A stretch of 63,984 nt of DNA, the filler included, from Basidioascus undulatus (taxonomy: Eukaryota): the NCBI GenBank assembly GCA_000826855.1. It is 3 parts of 3 records of this genome, joined end to end, with 100 filler letters (N's around TTAATTAATTAA, not from the genome) between each part and the next. Parts side by side here need not be neighbours in the genome. Positions count along the whole stretch, not along the records: positions 42,869 to 63,984 come from JTLS01000341.1; 2 more parts are not named here. One strand, written 5' to 3'. The translations under genes and the position numbers were made by a program. Positions 62,915-63,984 of the stretch are shown piece by piece. Below the pieces are notes generated by a model. The model had not been told where the DNA came from and searched no databases. It saw nothing but the letters and a program-made list of their open reading frames with translations. Position 1 is the stretch's first letter. Every line of letters starts with the position of its first letter.

Positions 62915-63984
62915 ATGAACCTCGACGCTCTCATGGCCGGCCAGCGGCCCTCCTCCGCCGGCGCCGCTCGCCGAAGCGGGTGCGGTGGGCGCGGTGGCCC
63001 GCGGCGTTCAGACCCGTACTCCTTCGTGCGCGCCCGCTCGTCCGACTCTCACCCGCCCAATAGCTGATCTCCTCTGGTCCGGTTCGGCCCTGCGCAGGCC
63101 CGCCCCTCCGAGGCGGACATGTCCAAGGAGTGGACGCACGATCGTTTCGCCGAGACGGTGCCTGGCGGGTCGCTTGCCGTCCGGATGCTCGACAGCCTGC
63201 GCAGGCCCGAGCCGGCGAAGCGCACGCGCAGCGCCGGCCGGGCGGGCGGCGGGCTCTCGATTCGCGGGAAGAGCACGGGAAAGACGGTTGTAAGGGTGGA
63301 GAACCTTGCGAGGGGGACGACGGCGGAGGATGTGAAGGTCCGTTTCGGGGTTGGCCAGTCAGAGGCAGACGGGTGATGGGGGCTAATAGGTTGATCTGAT
63401 TGGTGGGGGTGGTAGATCGCCTTCTCCGCGCACGGGACGATCCTCGCGTGGACGCCTGTGCTCGCGAACGCGTTCGACCCGGCCTTCGACCCCAACAGCG
63501 TCATCGTGCACCTGACGTTCGAGAAGCGCACCGAGGCCGAGGCAGCCGTCGCGGCGTTCAACGGCCTCCTCGCGGACGGGCGGACACTCCGCGTCGCGAT
63601 CGACGAAGCGGCAGCCGTGCCCTCGAACATCGGCGCACAGCCCAAGGAGGAGCTGATGGAGCGCTTTGGCGTCAAGGGCGCGGGGCTGGCGGCGCTGGGG
63701 AGCGCGGGGGAGAGGAGCTCTGGGTGCGTCGGCTTTCTTTCTTTCATTCGCGTGGTGGGATTTGCGGGGGCTGATGGGAGGCTGGTCGGCACACAGAAAG
63801 ATGTACTCGGACGCGCTCATCACGTCCGATCCGCGCGCCGCCGCAGGCGTGCAAGTCGTCCCGCACAACCCCGGCAACCCTAACGACGCCGCGCGCCAAC
63901 AGCAACAACAACAACGGCGAGGCGGCGGAGGTGGGGGTGGTGGAGGGGAGGAGGAGCTCAGTCGGGTCGGAGACGGCGGACTCG
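62915..63984 (+). CDS. Single-RRM RNA-binding protein, 3'-partial
   Basis: WTHDRF motif, RRM VVRVENLARGTTAEDVKIAFSAHG..LTFEKRTEAEAAVAAFNGLLADGRTLRV, then GKMYSDAL and a Gln/Gly-rich tail running off the window. Confidence 0.8.

Overview
Intron-rich, GC-rich fungal nuclear DNA. Short GT-AG introns with CTRAC-type branch points and the gene content suggest a basidiomycete; the exact lineage is not determinable from the sequence. The window is three contigs joined by two artificial 100-nt N/TTAATTAATTAA linkers (21335-21434, 42769-42868). Apparently intact or window/gap-truncated genes: an ATF/CREB bZIP factor, a hypothetical membrane protein, alternative oxidase (AOX) head-to-head with a COA8/APOPT1-like gene, Nup133 (5' part only) abutting mitochondrial IF2 (5'-truncated), a small 2-TM protein, PRP45/SNW1, MSH2, an HLTF/Rad5-like SNF2-RING helicase with an N-terminal PARP-type zinc finger, a PTR2 peptide transporter, PEX1, a Git3/Gpr1-like GPCR and an RRM protein. 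The intergenic blocks hold many decayed genes: about five F-box-like remnants (two forming a foldback palindrome), half an ABCB transporter, a PTR2 copy lacking two introns, a Gly-rich secreted small-exon gene and three copies of an unrecognised small gene. The most unusual signal is a predicted AT-AC intron / 18-nt micro-exon / GC-AG intron cassette in the conserved C-terminal helicase motif of the HLTF-like gene. No CRISPR, rRNA, tRNA or intact transposon was found. All exon models are manual reconstructions without database searches.
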